A stretch of 16,829 nt of DNA from Sulfurimonadaceae bacterium (GTDB taxonomy: Bacteria > Campylobacterota > Campylobacteria > Campylobacterales > Sulfurimonadaceae): contig JBFEXS010000041.1 of NCBI GenBank assembly GCA_041562555.1, forward strand, positions 1 to 16,829. Direction: 5' to 3'. The notes under the pieces are model-generated. The model did no database searches. It had not been told where the DNA came from and worked only from the letters and a program-made list of their open reading frames with translations. The translations under genes were made by a program, and so were the position numbers. Below are positions 6,982 through 14,793 of the stretch, in pieces (positions within the stretch are counted from its first letter, which is position 1; each line of letters begins with the position of its first letter).

Positions 6982-8079
6982 TTAGTGCGTACTTTGTGCG
7001 ATCAAGACACCTTCGATGAGTTTGTCTATATCACCGTCTAAAATAGCACTGACGTTGGAGAAAGCTTCATTTGAACGGGTGTCTTTGACTTGCTGATAAG
7101 GCTGCATGACATAGGAGCGGATTTGATGGCCCCAGCCGATTTCTGACTTCTCCACTCCATCTTTTTCTGCTTTTTGTTTTTCTAGTTCAAGTTCATACAG
7201 ACGAGATTTCAGCATCTTCATTGCTGTCGCCTTGTTTTTGTGTTGACTTCGGTCGTTTTGACACTGTACGACGATGTTCGTCTCAAGGTGTGTGATACGG
7301 ATAGCCGACTCGGTTTTATTGACATGTTGTCCACCGGCCCCGGATGCTCGATAGGTGTCAATACGGATGTCCTTGTCCTCGATCTCGATATCGATGTCAT
7401 CATCCAGTTCCGGCGAGACCATTACAGAGGTAAAGGAGGTGTGACGTTTTGCGTTAGAATCAAAGGGTGAGATACGGACGAGACGGTGGATGCCGTTTTC
7501 GACTTTGAGATAGCCATAAGCATTTTCTCCTTTAATCAGCATAGATGCGTCCTTGATACCTGCTTCGTCACCATTTTGATAATCCAGGATCTCTGTTTTG
7601 AATCCACGGCGCTCAGCCCATCTGGAATACATTCGAAACAGCATATGGGCCCAATCCTGTGACTCGGTCCCTCCTGCTCCCGGGTGGATTGATATGATGG
7701 CAGAATTGGCGTCGTGCTCTCCACTGAGCATGACTTCGATTTCCATTTGCTTTACACTCTCTTCGAGCTCTTCAGCTTCTGCAAAAAGCATCTCTATACT
7801 TTCATCATCTTTCTCTTCTTTTGCCATCTCATACAGATCATTCGCGTCTTCAAGTTTTCCCGATGCCAATTTGTATTTCTCGAGTTTGCGCTCGAGCTGA
7901 GTCTTTTCTTTTTGGATCGTGGCAGCCTTGCTGGCATCATTCCAAAAGTCTTGAGAGTTTTCCAGGGCCTCTATCTCATCCAAACGGGTTTTGATGCTGT
8001 CAGGTTTGACAATGTTACTAACATTTTGCATCTTTGTGGCTAAAGTTTTTAGGAGTTCACTGTATTCATAATGGTCCAT
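6982..8079 (-). CDS. prfB: Peptide chain release factor 2
   Basis: SPF tripeptide (RISPFD), GGQ motif ([10 protein letters not shown]), [14 protein letters not shown]; a single uninterrupted ORF. Confidence 0.98.
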   Translation of the reverse strand: MDHYEYSELLKTLATKMQNVSNIVKPDSIKTRLDEIEALENSQDFWNDASKAATIQKEKTQLERKLEKYKLASGKLEDANDLYEMAKEEKDDESIEMLFAEAEELEESVKQMEIEVMLSGEHDANSAIISIHPGAGGTESQDWAHMLFRMYSRWAERRGFKTEILDYQNGDEAGIKDASMLIKGENAYGYLKVENGIHRLVRISPFDSNAKRHTSFTSVMVSPELDDDIDIEIEDKDIRIDTYRASGAGGQHVNKTESAIRITHLETNIVVQCQNDRSQHKNKATAMKMLKSRLYELELEKQKAEKDGVEKSEIGWGHQIRSYVMQPYQQVKDTRSNEAFSNVSAILDGDIDKLIEGVLIAQSTH

Positions 8080-8101
8080 AGAGTTATCCGATTAAATAGT
8101 A

Positions 8102-8121
8102 TATAATTCCATTATTATAAT
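8102..8121. promoter_or_regulatory. Overlapping divergent -10 elements for prfB and panC
   Basis: TATAAT on + at 8102-8107 and 8116-8121, and on - at 8114-8119 (palindrome ATTATAAT), within a 57-bp divergent spacer. Confidence 0.5.
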
Positions 8122-8136
8122 GCATGAAGGCTTAAG

Positions 8137-8958
8137 ATGAAGATTGTTCGTTCTCCACAAGAACTCAAATCACTATTGAAAAATGAACAGGGTTCGGTGG
8201 GTTTTGTACCGACTATGGGTGCCTTGCATCGTGGTCATTTGAGCCTTATAGAAGCTTCTGTAAAAGCAAATGATATTAATGTGGTTTCTATTTTTGTAAA
8301 TCCAACACAATTTTTAGAGGGTGAAGACCTTGACAAGTATCCGCGAAAATTCGAAGCCGATGAGAAAATCTGCTCTTTAGCCGGTGTAGACATCCTGTTC
8401 TATCCTCAGGTCGATGACATGTATGAGGAAGATGAGATCAAGATAGTGGCGCCGAATGTCCGAGGATATGTCCTTGAAGGACATATGAGACCGGGCCACT
8501 TTGATGGGGTTCTGACGGTGGTGATGAAACTCTTGAATATCGTATCTCCGACACGGGCCTATTTCGGTAAAAAAGATGCGCAGCAACTGGCCCTGATCAC
8601 TCAGATGGTCAAAAACTTTTGTATGGATGTACAGATCATCCCTCTTGATACAGTTCGAGAGAGTGATGGACTTGCTATGAGTTCGCGTAATGTTTATCTA
8701 GATGATTCTGAACGCGTCGAGGCACTTAAGATATCCAAGTCCCTTAAGGCAGCAACACACCTGGTCATGCAAAATGTAAAAGGTACGACGGAGGTTAAGG
8801 CGCATATGCGGGAAGTGTTGGCACCTTTGGATGTGGAGTATATCGCTATCGTATCACGGGACTTCGTTCCCCTTGAGGAGATCGAAGTAGGAAACAGTAT
8901 TATCTTGGTAGCAGCTAAATTAGGAAGTACCCGGTTGATTGATAACCTTTGGATCTGA
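8137..8958 (+). CDS. panC: Pantoate--beta-alanine ligase (pantothenate synthetase)
   Basis: [13 protein letters not shown] (HIGH motif), [39 protein letters not shown]. Confidence 0.98.
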   Translation: MKIVRSPQELKSLLKNEQGSVGFVPTMGALHRGHLSLIEASVKANDINVVSIFVNPTQFLEGEDLDKYPRKFEADEKICSLAGVDILFYPQVDDMYEEDEIKIVAPNVRGYVLEGHMRPGHFDGVLTVVMKLLNIVSPTRAYFGKKDAQQLALITQMVKNFCMDVQIIPLDTVRESDGLAMSSRNVYLDDSERVEALKISKSLKAATHLVMQNVKGTTEVKAHMREVLAPLDVEYIAIVSRDFVPLEEIEVGNSIILVAAKLGSTRLIDNLWI

Positions 8959-8959
8959 C

Positions 8960-9697
8960 TTACCAGACCCATTTGATCATAAACTGAGGTACTGTTTCAT
9001 GGATACTTCCTCTCCATGGAGCTGCCGAGGATTTATAATAATAGAGCTCTATTCCTGCTTGCAGCTTATTCATTTCTTCAGAAATCACCCTGCCGTCTAT
9101 CAATAGCCGTGGTTGGGTAAGAACTTCTGTTCCGTAGTCTGTCCCATAATAGTCTAAGAAGCCTTCAAAAACGAAAGGTACAGAAGCAAGGTCAAACTGC
9201 TTTTTCCAAGCGAGTACGATCTGAAAGGTCGCGTCGTTGAAATTATCATTACGGCTTAAGAGGTTGAGATCGATGAAGTCAAAACCCAGGAGATCCAAAC
9301 CGACTCCAAGACCGATATTATTAGCACTGAAGTCATTTCCTCTGTTCAGTTCTCCTGCAAGGTAAATATCTTTGATGAACCCCCAGGATAAGTCCGTACT
9401 GCTGAGTTTGGAAAAGCTTAGTTTTGGTGCCCATTCCGCATAAACAGTCTGTTTTTCACCCGAAGCGTAGTCTGCTGAACTCATATCTATAAAGAAGAAG
9501 TTACTCCCATATTCCCATCCCCCGGCATGTTCGATAGTCACTGTTTTCATATCTCCATCAAGGACCTGTTTTTCACCGACAAGTCTGTCAAAATCATTTC
9601 CATAAAGAAGTTGGATATTCGTCGTGCTCCACTCTTCTGCTTGAAGCAGTGATGTTAAAGACATTAGGGCGAAAAGAAAGGTAGATAATCTAGACAT
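8960..9697 (-). CDS. Outer-membrane beta-barrel channel, OmpK/Tsx (nucleoside channel)-like
   Basis: Signal peptide (…LLQA), STTNIQLLYG, TIEHAGGWEYGSNFFFID, YAEWAPKLS, FEGFLDY, TQPRL; alternating strands and a C-terminal aromatic beta-signal (IKWVW); AAGGA ribosome-binding site. Confidence 0.8.
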   Translation of the reverse strand: MSRLSTFLFALMSLTSLLQAEEWSTTNIQLLYGNDFDRLVGEKQVLDGDMKTVTIEHAGGWEYGSNFFFIDMSSADYASGEKQTVYAEWAPKLSFSKLSSTDLSWGFIKDIYLAGELNRGNDFSANNIGLGVGLDLLGFDFIDLNLLSRNDNFNDATFQIVLAWKKQFDLASVPFVFEGFLDYYGTDYGTEVLTQPRLLIDGRVISEEMNKLQAGIELYYYKSSAAPWRGSIHETVPQFMIKWVW

Positions 9698-9757
9698 GAG
9701 AGTCCTTCTCGTATCAAATAGTATAAGTTATAGTAATGGCTTTAGGCTTAGGTTGAG

Positions 9758-11509
9758 TTAAAGTGTGGGTTTTAAGTAGTCGAACTCGATAAGCAGTTCA
9801 ATGATCTCTTTGTACGTAGGTACTGCTGTGAGTGAGGCAAAGTGGTTCGTCTTGGGTTGTACAACAGTGACACCGATCGTATATTTATGGTCTTTATCAT
9901 TTGCAAAACCAAAAAATGAGGTATTGTATTTGTTGACATACCGTCCTTTCTCTGCGATGTGGGCGGTACCGGTTTTACCGCCGATTTCAAGTCCGGGGAT
10001 GATGGTTCCCACACCGGTTCCCTCTTTAACGGTTTTTATCATGATCTTCTTCATGCGTTCGGCTGTAGCTTGGGATATTACCTGGATTGAGCCTTCGGGT
10101 GCCATATTCTGCGTGTTCCCGTGTTTGTCGATGAGCTTGTCAATAAAGTAAGGCTGTAAGGTTCGTCCGCGGTTGTTGAAGGCATTGTAGGCTTTGAGTA
10201 TCTGCATGACATTGACATTGAGACCATATCCGTAAGAAGTAGTGGCCTTGTAGATTTCATTTTTAAGACGATTGATGGCGGGGACGGAGCCCTGTTTCTC
10301 ATAGGGGAGTTGTAGGTTGGATTTTTGTGCGAATCCAAAATCGATCAAGCCCTGATAATAATCGATAGCTGGAAGTTTTTGTGCCAATTGAGCGATACCG
10401 ATATTTGAAGAGTGCACGATAACATTTTCAGCACTTAGCCACTGGAACTTATGCTCATCGGTGATAAGTTTTCGTCCTAACTTCATGCGTCCGTTATGTC
10501 CATTGACCAGATCATAGGGATTGACAAGTTTATGCTCAAGCAAGAGTGAAAAGATGATCGGTTTTAAGACAGAACCCGGTTCAAAGCTGTATTCGATGAC
10601 ATTGGCATTTAAAGAAGGATAGTCAGATCGAAGGATGTTGTTTGGGGTAAATCGGTTTGAACTCGCAAGAGAAAGGATCTTGCCGGTAGATGATTCCATG
10701 ACGACTGCCATTATCTCATCGGCATCCAGTGTGTCTTTCATCTTCGTCAGCATCTTCTCAATACGTTTTTGAAGGGTGACCGGGATGGTTAACTGTACAT
10801 TTAGCCCATCTACATCCGGTTTGGTGTAGGAGCGTTTATTGAGGATCATATAGTTATTGACATCGCGGGGACCAAATTGCTTGCCATCTTCCTGTGCATT
10901 AAGGGCATAATCAAAACTTTTTTCAATACCTTTTACCCCTTGGACACGGGTGTAGGAGTCATCTTCCACCTTATGGATATACCCTACGATTGGCGTAAGA
11001 AGATCCTGGTAGGGATAGCGTCGCATCTCCCCGCTTGGCAAGATGTTCAGACCGTGCAAGATGGTACGGCCATTGGGGCGTGTAAATTCGATAAAGACCT
11101 TCATCTTTCGCAGACGATATGCGAGGGTCTTGAGATATTGAGCAGCTTGAGGGTCGATGTGATAAGAGAGGACGACACTCCCTTTGCGTGATTTGAGACG
11201 ATTGTAGATACTCTTTTCATCGATTCCGCTATAGATAGAGAAAAGTTTGACAAAAAGGTCTTTCTTATCGGGATCAATGTTCCGGGTGTCGACCACAGCC
11301 TTGTAGAGTTGTTGTGTCGTAGCGATATGATACCCGTCTGCAGAGATTATCTCACCGCGCTCGGCACGGGTTTCATTCGAGGTGAATTGTGAAGGCAGAT
11401 GACGTTCATGGATGACTGTATAGAGCTGTGAACTGAGAAAGAGGATAAATCCAGTGATCAAAAAGAGAAAAAGGACTAATATTTTTTTAGATTTACTTCG
11501 ATTGCTCAT
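9758..11509 (-). CDS. ftsI: Class B penicillin-binding protein (FtsI/PBP3-type D,D-transpeptidase)
   Basis: N-terminal TM, RGEI and RRYP dimerisation-domain motifs, SxxK (EPGSVLK), SxN (HSSN), KTG (GKTGTA); location next to fliE-flgC-flgB fits the Campylobacterota ftsI/pbpB locus. Confidence 0.88.
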   Translation of the reverse strand: MSNRSKSKKILVLFLFLITGFILFLSSQLYTVIHERHLPSQFTSNETRAERGEIISADGYHIATTQQLYKAVVDTRNIDPDKKDLFVKLFSIYSGIDEKSIYNRLKSRKGSVVLSYHIDPQAAQYLKTLAYRLRKMKVFIEFTRPNGRTILHGLNILPSGEMRRYPYQDLLTPIVGYIHKVEDDSYTRVQGVKGIEKSFDYALNAQEDGKQFGPRDVNNYMILNKRSYTKPDVDGLNVQLTIPVTLQKRIEKMLTKMKDTLDADEIMAVVMESSTGKILSLASSNRFTPNNILRSDYPSLNANVIEYSFEPGSVLKPIIFSLLLEHKLVNPYDLVNGHNGRMKLGRKLITDEHKFQWLSAENVIVHSSNIGIAQLAQKLPAIDYYQGLIDFGFAQKSNLQLPYEKQGSVPAINRLKNEIYKATTSYGYGLNVNVMQILKAYNAFNNRGRTLQPYFIDKLIDKHGNTQNMAPEGSIQVISQATAERMKKIMIKTVKEGTGVGTIIPGLEIGGKTGTAHIAEKGRYVNKYNTSFFGFANDKDHKYTIGVTVVQPKTNHFASLTAVPTYKEIIELLIEFDYLKPTL

Positions 11510-11531
11510 AAGACTTCTATTCTTTTCTGAA

Positions 11532-11555
11532 ATTGTATCGGAATATTGTTAAAAT
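11532..11555. promoter_or_regulatory. Divergent -10 elements: gaTACAAT (-, ftsI) and TGTTAAAAT (+, lipoprotein operon)
   Basis: ATTGTA at 11532-11537 (TACAAT on -) and TGTTAAAAT at 11547-11555 on +. Confidence 0.5.
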
Positions 11556-11587
11556 ACCGTAATAGATATACGATAGGGAAGGTTTTC

Positions 11588-12127
11588 ATGATTAAAAAAG
11601 TATGGATTGTGTTACTGGGATTGACCCTGATTGCCGGATGTTCATCGCTTAAAGTCAGGGTGGATTACGACCCTGAATATGACTTTGTACAGCAGCATGC
11701 CTTTAGCATCGTACACCATAACAAAAAGGGAGAAGATACTCTCTTTAATGATAGGGTCATAGAGGCTCTTGAGCAGAACCTTCAGGAAAAAGCATATAAG
11801 AAAACGGATAAGGAATCGGCTGATCTTATCTTTGTTTTTCATGTAGGCGTAGAGAGTAAAAAAGACATAGACACCGATTACATCAGGGTGGGATTTGGAA
11901 GGTACGGATATGCAGGACATATGGTGGCGACAACACGTACCTATGAGTATACAAAAGGAACCTTGATCATTGACGCATTGAACCCAAAGGATGAAAAGAT
12001 CGTATGGAGAGGTGTGACAACGGATATTCTAAAGACACATGATACCCCGCAAGAGCGTACAGAGTATATTCAAAGGGTTGTTGATGAGACGATGAAAGAA
12101 TTTCCTTCGAAGGCAGAATTCGAGTGA
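11588..12127 (+). CDS. DUF4136-like lipoprotein
   Basis: Lipoprotein signal MIKKVWIVLLGLTLIAG-C; VRVDYDPEYDF, ADLIFVF, YTKGTLIIDALNP...IVWRG and MKEFP motifs typical of DUF4136. Start set at ATG 11588 (GAAGG upstream) rather than TTG 11546. Confidence 0.82.
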   Translation: MIKKVWIVLLGLTLIAGCSSLKVRVDYDPEYDFVQQHAFSIVHHNKKGEDTLFNDRVIEALEQNLQEKAYKKTDKESADLIFVFHVGVESKKDIDTDYIRVGFGRYGYAGHMVATTRTYEYTKGTLIIDALNPKDEKIVWRGVTTDILKTHDTPQERTEYIQRVVDETMKEFPSKAEFE

Positions 12128-13065
12128 TACGTTTTTCTAATGAATCAATGTTTGATATCTTTGGATTCCTCCATCAACATTTGCAAGAAGAACACAGAGT
12201 GGAATTTGAAGTCCTTAATCCTGATAATTACAGGGGAAAGTATGCGGGAGAGGAAATTGTACGGCAGAACGTTCTTTATCTCTACCGCGGATATAAGGCA
12301 TGGATGGATCTGGCGGAACTTCTGTCCTGCCGGATGATGACCCCGGAGAAAACAGATGAATATCATGTACGACTGATCTTTGAAAAACTCGATCATACAG
12401 AGAGCTTTCATAAAACACAGAGCAGTATCGAAAAATATGGAGTAGACTCTGAATTTTTTAAGATTCATAAGAATGAAGAACCGGTATTTCTATTTTCGTA
12501 CAAACAGGCACTGGAGAATGTCAAAATACAGAAGCGAAAGCGTGTATTGGATCTGGGGGTAAACAGTGGAGACGAGTTCGCATTAATCAAGGAAGTATTA
12601 GATGAAGTTCAGTATTCAACTATAGAACTTACAGGGATAGATTATTCTGCTTCCGCCATTTCCTATGCACAGGACAGGTTTCCCGAAGACAACGTCAATT
12701 TCATCGAGCATGATATCAATGCTCTTGGGGCATTGAACCTTGGAAAGTTTGACCTTATCATTTCAATCGGTACTTTGCAAAGTCCCAACATTGATTTTAA
12801 ACCTTTTTTCATGTCACTTATCCAGAACTATCTTGAAGAAGGCGGTGCAGTGATTTTGGGTTTTCCCAATTGCCGATGGATAGATGGTGAGATGGTCTAT
12901 GGCGCCAGGGTTCCAAACTATAACTTTTCGGAGATGGGAATGCTTTATAGTGATGTCATGTTTTGCAAAAAGTATCTACAACAGAAGAAGTTCAGGGTGA
13001 CATTGACGGGAAAAAACTATGTTTTTTTAACAGCGACAAAAATAGGATCTTCTTATAAATCATAA
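12124..13065 (+). CDS. Class I SAM-dependent methyltransferase with an uncharacterised N-terminal domain
   Basis: Motif I RVLDLGVNSG, LTGIDYS, FIEHDI, FDLIISIGTLQ, LEEGGAVILG; GTG start overlaps the upstream TGA (GTGA). Confidence 0.85.
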   Translation: MIRFSNESMFDIFGFLHQHLQEEHRVEFEVLNPDNYRGKYAGEEIVRQNVLYLYRGYKAWMDLAELLSCRMMTPEKTDEYHVRLIFEKLDHTESFHKTQSSIEKYGVDSEFFKIHKNEEPVFLFSYKQALENVKIQKRKRVLDLGVNSGDEFALIKEVLDEVQYSTIELTGIDYSASAISYAQDRFPEDNVNFIEHDINALGALNLGKFDLIISIGTLQSPNIDFKPFFMSLIQNYLEEGGAVILGFPNCRWIDGEMVYGARVPNYNFSEMGMLYSDVMFCKKYLQQKKFRVTLTGKNYVFLTATKIGSSYKS

Positions 13066-13075
13066 GTTTTTTTTA

Positions 13076-13084
13076 TGATATACT
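13076..13084 (+). promoter_or_regulatory. Candidate extended -10 (TGA-TATACT) for the small secreted protein
   Basis: TGn-TATACT followed by AAGGAG (13094-13099) and ATG at 13105. Confidence 0.5.
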
Positions 13085-13104
13085 GTTTGCAGCAAGGAGT
13101 ATGG

Positions 13105-13368
13105 ATGAAGTTTTTTTTATTGTTGAGTGTATTGTCCACTTTGGCATTTACACAAGAACGCATAGGCACCGGGTTGAACTTGACTGTGGAGCAGCAAGCA
13201 AAGATGAAAGCCTATAAGGCAGAGATGAAAGCATGTAAAGAGAAGACACAGATGAAGATACTTTCTATTTTGAATGACGAGCAAAAGATCAAATATCTGC
13301 AGATGCAACAGAATAAAAAGGTCAGAAAGGGCGGTGTGATTATTGAGAAGGTCGGATCGACGAATTAA
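13105..13368 (+). CDS. Small secreted protein with two LTxxQ-like motifs (Spy/CpxP-like)
   Basis: Signal peptide MKFFLLLSVLSTLAFT, motifs LNLTVEQ and ILNDEQ, rich in Lys/Met/Gln helices; AAGGAG 5 nt before ATG 13105. Confidence 0.68.
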   Translation: MKFFLLLSVLSTLAFTQERIGTGLNLTVEQQAKMKAYKAEMKACKEKTQMKILSILNDEQKIKYLQMQQNKKVRKGGVIIEKVGSTN

Positions 13369-13410
13369 GAGAGCCGACAGTCAATGTATTAAATAAAACT
13401 GTGTGGAAAC

Positions 13411-13433
13411 TATAGCAGTGCAAAACTGCTATA
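13411..13433. terminator. Hairpin between convergent genes, probable terminator of the flgBC-fliE transcript
   Basis: Perfect 9-bp stem TATAGCAGT/ACTGCTATA with a 5-nt loop, 3 nt after the fliE stop; only a short T-run (GTTT) follows on the minus strand. Confidence 0.55.
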
Positions 13434-13436
13434 CGC

Positions 13437-13736
13437 TTAGATCTGTGTTCTAGAGATCTCTTTATAGGCATTAAGAGCCTTGTTTCTGACTTCTAGCATG
13501 AGTTTCATACTGATCTCGGCTTTGTCGATGGCAAGGGCAGCCTGATGCAGATCTTTTACTTGCCCGGTCGCGAGGTCGCTCATCGCCTTCTCACCGGACT
13601 GCTGCATCTCGTTGACTTCATTCAGAGACTGTTTTAGTGCATCAGCAAAGCCTTCACCACTAGTCTGGCCTTTGGCATTTGCCTTGCCTAGTAAGTCAGC
13701 AGTGGAAAGACCGGAAACTTTGTTTAAATCACTCAT
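13437..13736 (-). CDS. fliE: Flagellar hook-basal body protein FliE
   Basis: FADALKQSLNEVNEMQ...DLATG..DLHQ..AIDKAEISMKLMLEVRNKALNAYKEISRTQI. Confidence 0.96.
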   Translation of the reverse strand: MSDLNKVSGLSTADLLGKANAKGQTSGEGFADALKQSLNEVNEMQQSGEKAMSDLATGQVKDLHQAALAIDKAEISMKLMLEVRNKALNAYKEISRTQI

Positions 13737-13742
13737 ACTCTA

Positions 13743-13750
13743 ATTATACC
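13743..13750 (-). promoter_or_regulatory. Candidate RpoD -10 (GG-TATAAT) 6 nt upstream of the fliE ATG (leaderless geometry)
   Basis: Minus strand reads aaggTATAATtagagtATG. Confidence 0.5.
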
Positions 13751-13765
13751 TTAATTTTTTAGTTC

Positions 13766-14263
13766 TTACGCCTGAATAATACTCATGGCAGATTGCGCCA
13801 TACTTTTCACACTTTGAAATGCTGCCACATTCGCCTGGTATGATCGGGTTGCTTCGATAAGATCCGCCATCTCAATCACCGGATTGATATTTGGATAGGC
13901 GACATACCCTTCTGCATTAGCATCAGGATGTCCCGGTTCATATTTCATCATCGGCTCTTTATCATCACGGATGATCTTATCAACTACTACACTCATAATC
14001 GGCGGATTTACTTTTTTATGTAGATCACCTTCATCCAGTGGATCGGAATACCCAGTATCACTGGTGTTTTGCATCAGTCTGTCATTAAGAATTTTGTTGA
14101 AGTCAATGGCTTTAAACATCACTTCCCTACGTCTGTACGGCCCACCTTCTTCGGTGCGCGTCGTCTGTGCATTGGCAATATTTGATGATATGACATTAAC
14201 ACGGGCACGCTGGGCTGAAAGTCCATACCCACTGATATCAAAACTGTTTAAAAACTGGCTCAT
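13766..14263 (-). CDS. flgC: Flagellar basal-body rod protein FlgC
   Basis: GLSAQRARVNVISSNIANAQTTR...GPYRRR, YEPGHPDANAEGYVAYPNINPVIEMADLIEATRSYQAN. Confidence 0.97.
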   Translation of the reverse strand: MSQFLNSFDISGYGLSAQRARVNVISSNIANAQTTRTEEGGPYRRREVMFKAIDFNKILNDRLMQNTSDTGYSDPLDEGDLHKKVNPPIMSVVVDKIIRDDKEPMMKYEPGHPDANAEGYVAYPNINPVIEMADLIEATRSYQANVAAFQSVKSMAQSAMSIIQA

Positions 14264-14315
14264 AACAAATCCTTTTGTCGTTCTATGGCATCTTTGGATG
14301 CTTGGCTGCTAAGCA

Positions 14316-14750
14316 TTATTGTGTACGCTCAGAAGCCTGGATGACAGCTTTGAAAATCATTGCTTCTTTTTTCAAAGCGGCTGTAAGACCTTGAAACATC
14401 ATTGAGTTTTTTGTCATTTCTGTTGTCTCGACATCCAGATCAACACTATTCCCGTCATTTCGGGCAAGATGCCCGTCACGGTAATAAAGTTTAGCCAGAC
14501 CCGAGTTCTCTTCCAAGGCTGATTTGAAATGTGCACCATCCGTTTGTGCCAATTCCAGCTTGGAGATCTGAGGTTCGTTGAAAATCTTTTTTGCCTCAGT
14601 TTGAAGTGTTTTTTCAAAACTGATATCTCTAGGACGATAGAATGGGGTGTCTTCATTAGCGATGTTCCCAGCAATGAGGTCCTGTCGTGCAGCCCTGTAA
14701 TCAAGGGCTTTTGACATGAGTTCATGTGCCTTACTGATTTGAATACCCAT
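14316..14750 (-). CDS. flgB: Flagellar basal-body rod protein FlgB
   Basis: ALDYRAARQDLIAGNIANEDTPFYRPRDISF and RNDGNSVDLDVE; AAGGAG ribosome-binding site. Confidence 0.97.
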   Translation of the reverse strand: MGIQISKAHELMSKALDYRAARQDLIAGNIANEDTPFYRPRDISFEKTLQTEAKKIFNEPQISKLELAQTDGAHFKSALEENSGLAKLYYRDGHLARNDGNSVDLDVETTEMTKNSMMFQGLTAALKKEAMIFKAVIQASERTQ

Positions 14751-14777
14751 CTTCTCTCCTTAGAATACTTTTATACA

Positions 14778-14793
14778 AGCAAGTTTTGTACCA
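14778..14793 (-). promoter_or_regulatory. Sigma54 (RpoN) -24/-12 promoter of flgB
   Basis: Minus strand TGGTACAAAACTTGCT is GG-N10-GC, close to the TGGCAC-N5-TTGC consensus. flgB is an established RpoN target in Campylobacter and Helicobacter. Confidence 0.85.

Noticed and set aside
11550..11576. Sigma28-like TAAA-N15-taCGATAg upstream of the lipoprotein gene
   Set aside because: The spacing fits, but it would leave only about 5 nt of leader and cut off the ribosome-binding site. The overlapping TGTTAAAAT RpoD element explains the region better.
5518..13104. Longer starts given in the ORF track (5532, 11546, 13075)
   Set aside because: Downstream ATGs at 5517, 11588 and 13105 have proper ribosome-binding sites, and the latter two give clean signal peptides. 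The extensions overlap or abut predicted promoter elements.
13067..13118. Poly-T runs (T8 at 13067-13074 and 13111-13118; also T8 at 15450-15457 in ftsW) as phase-variation tracts
   Set aside because: Such runs are expected in AT-rich, Phe/Leu-rich sequence, the frames are intact, and phase variation in this group typically uses long poly-G/C tracts.
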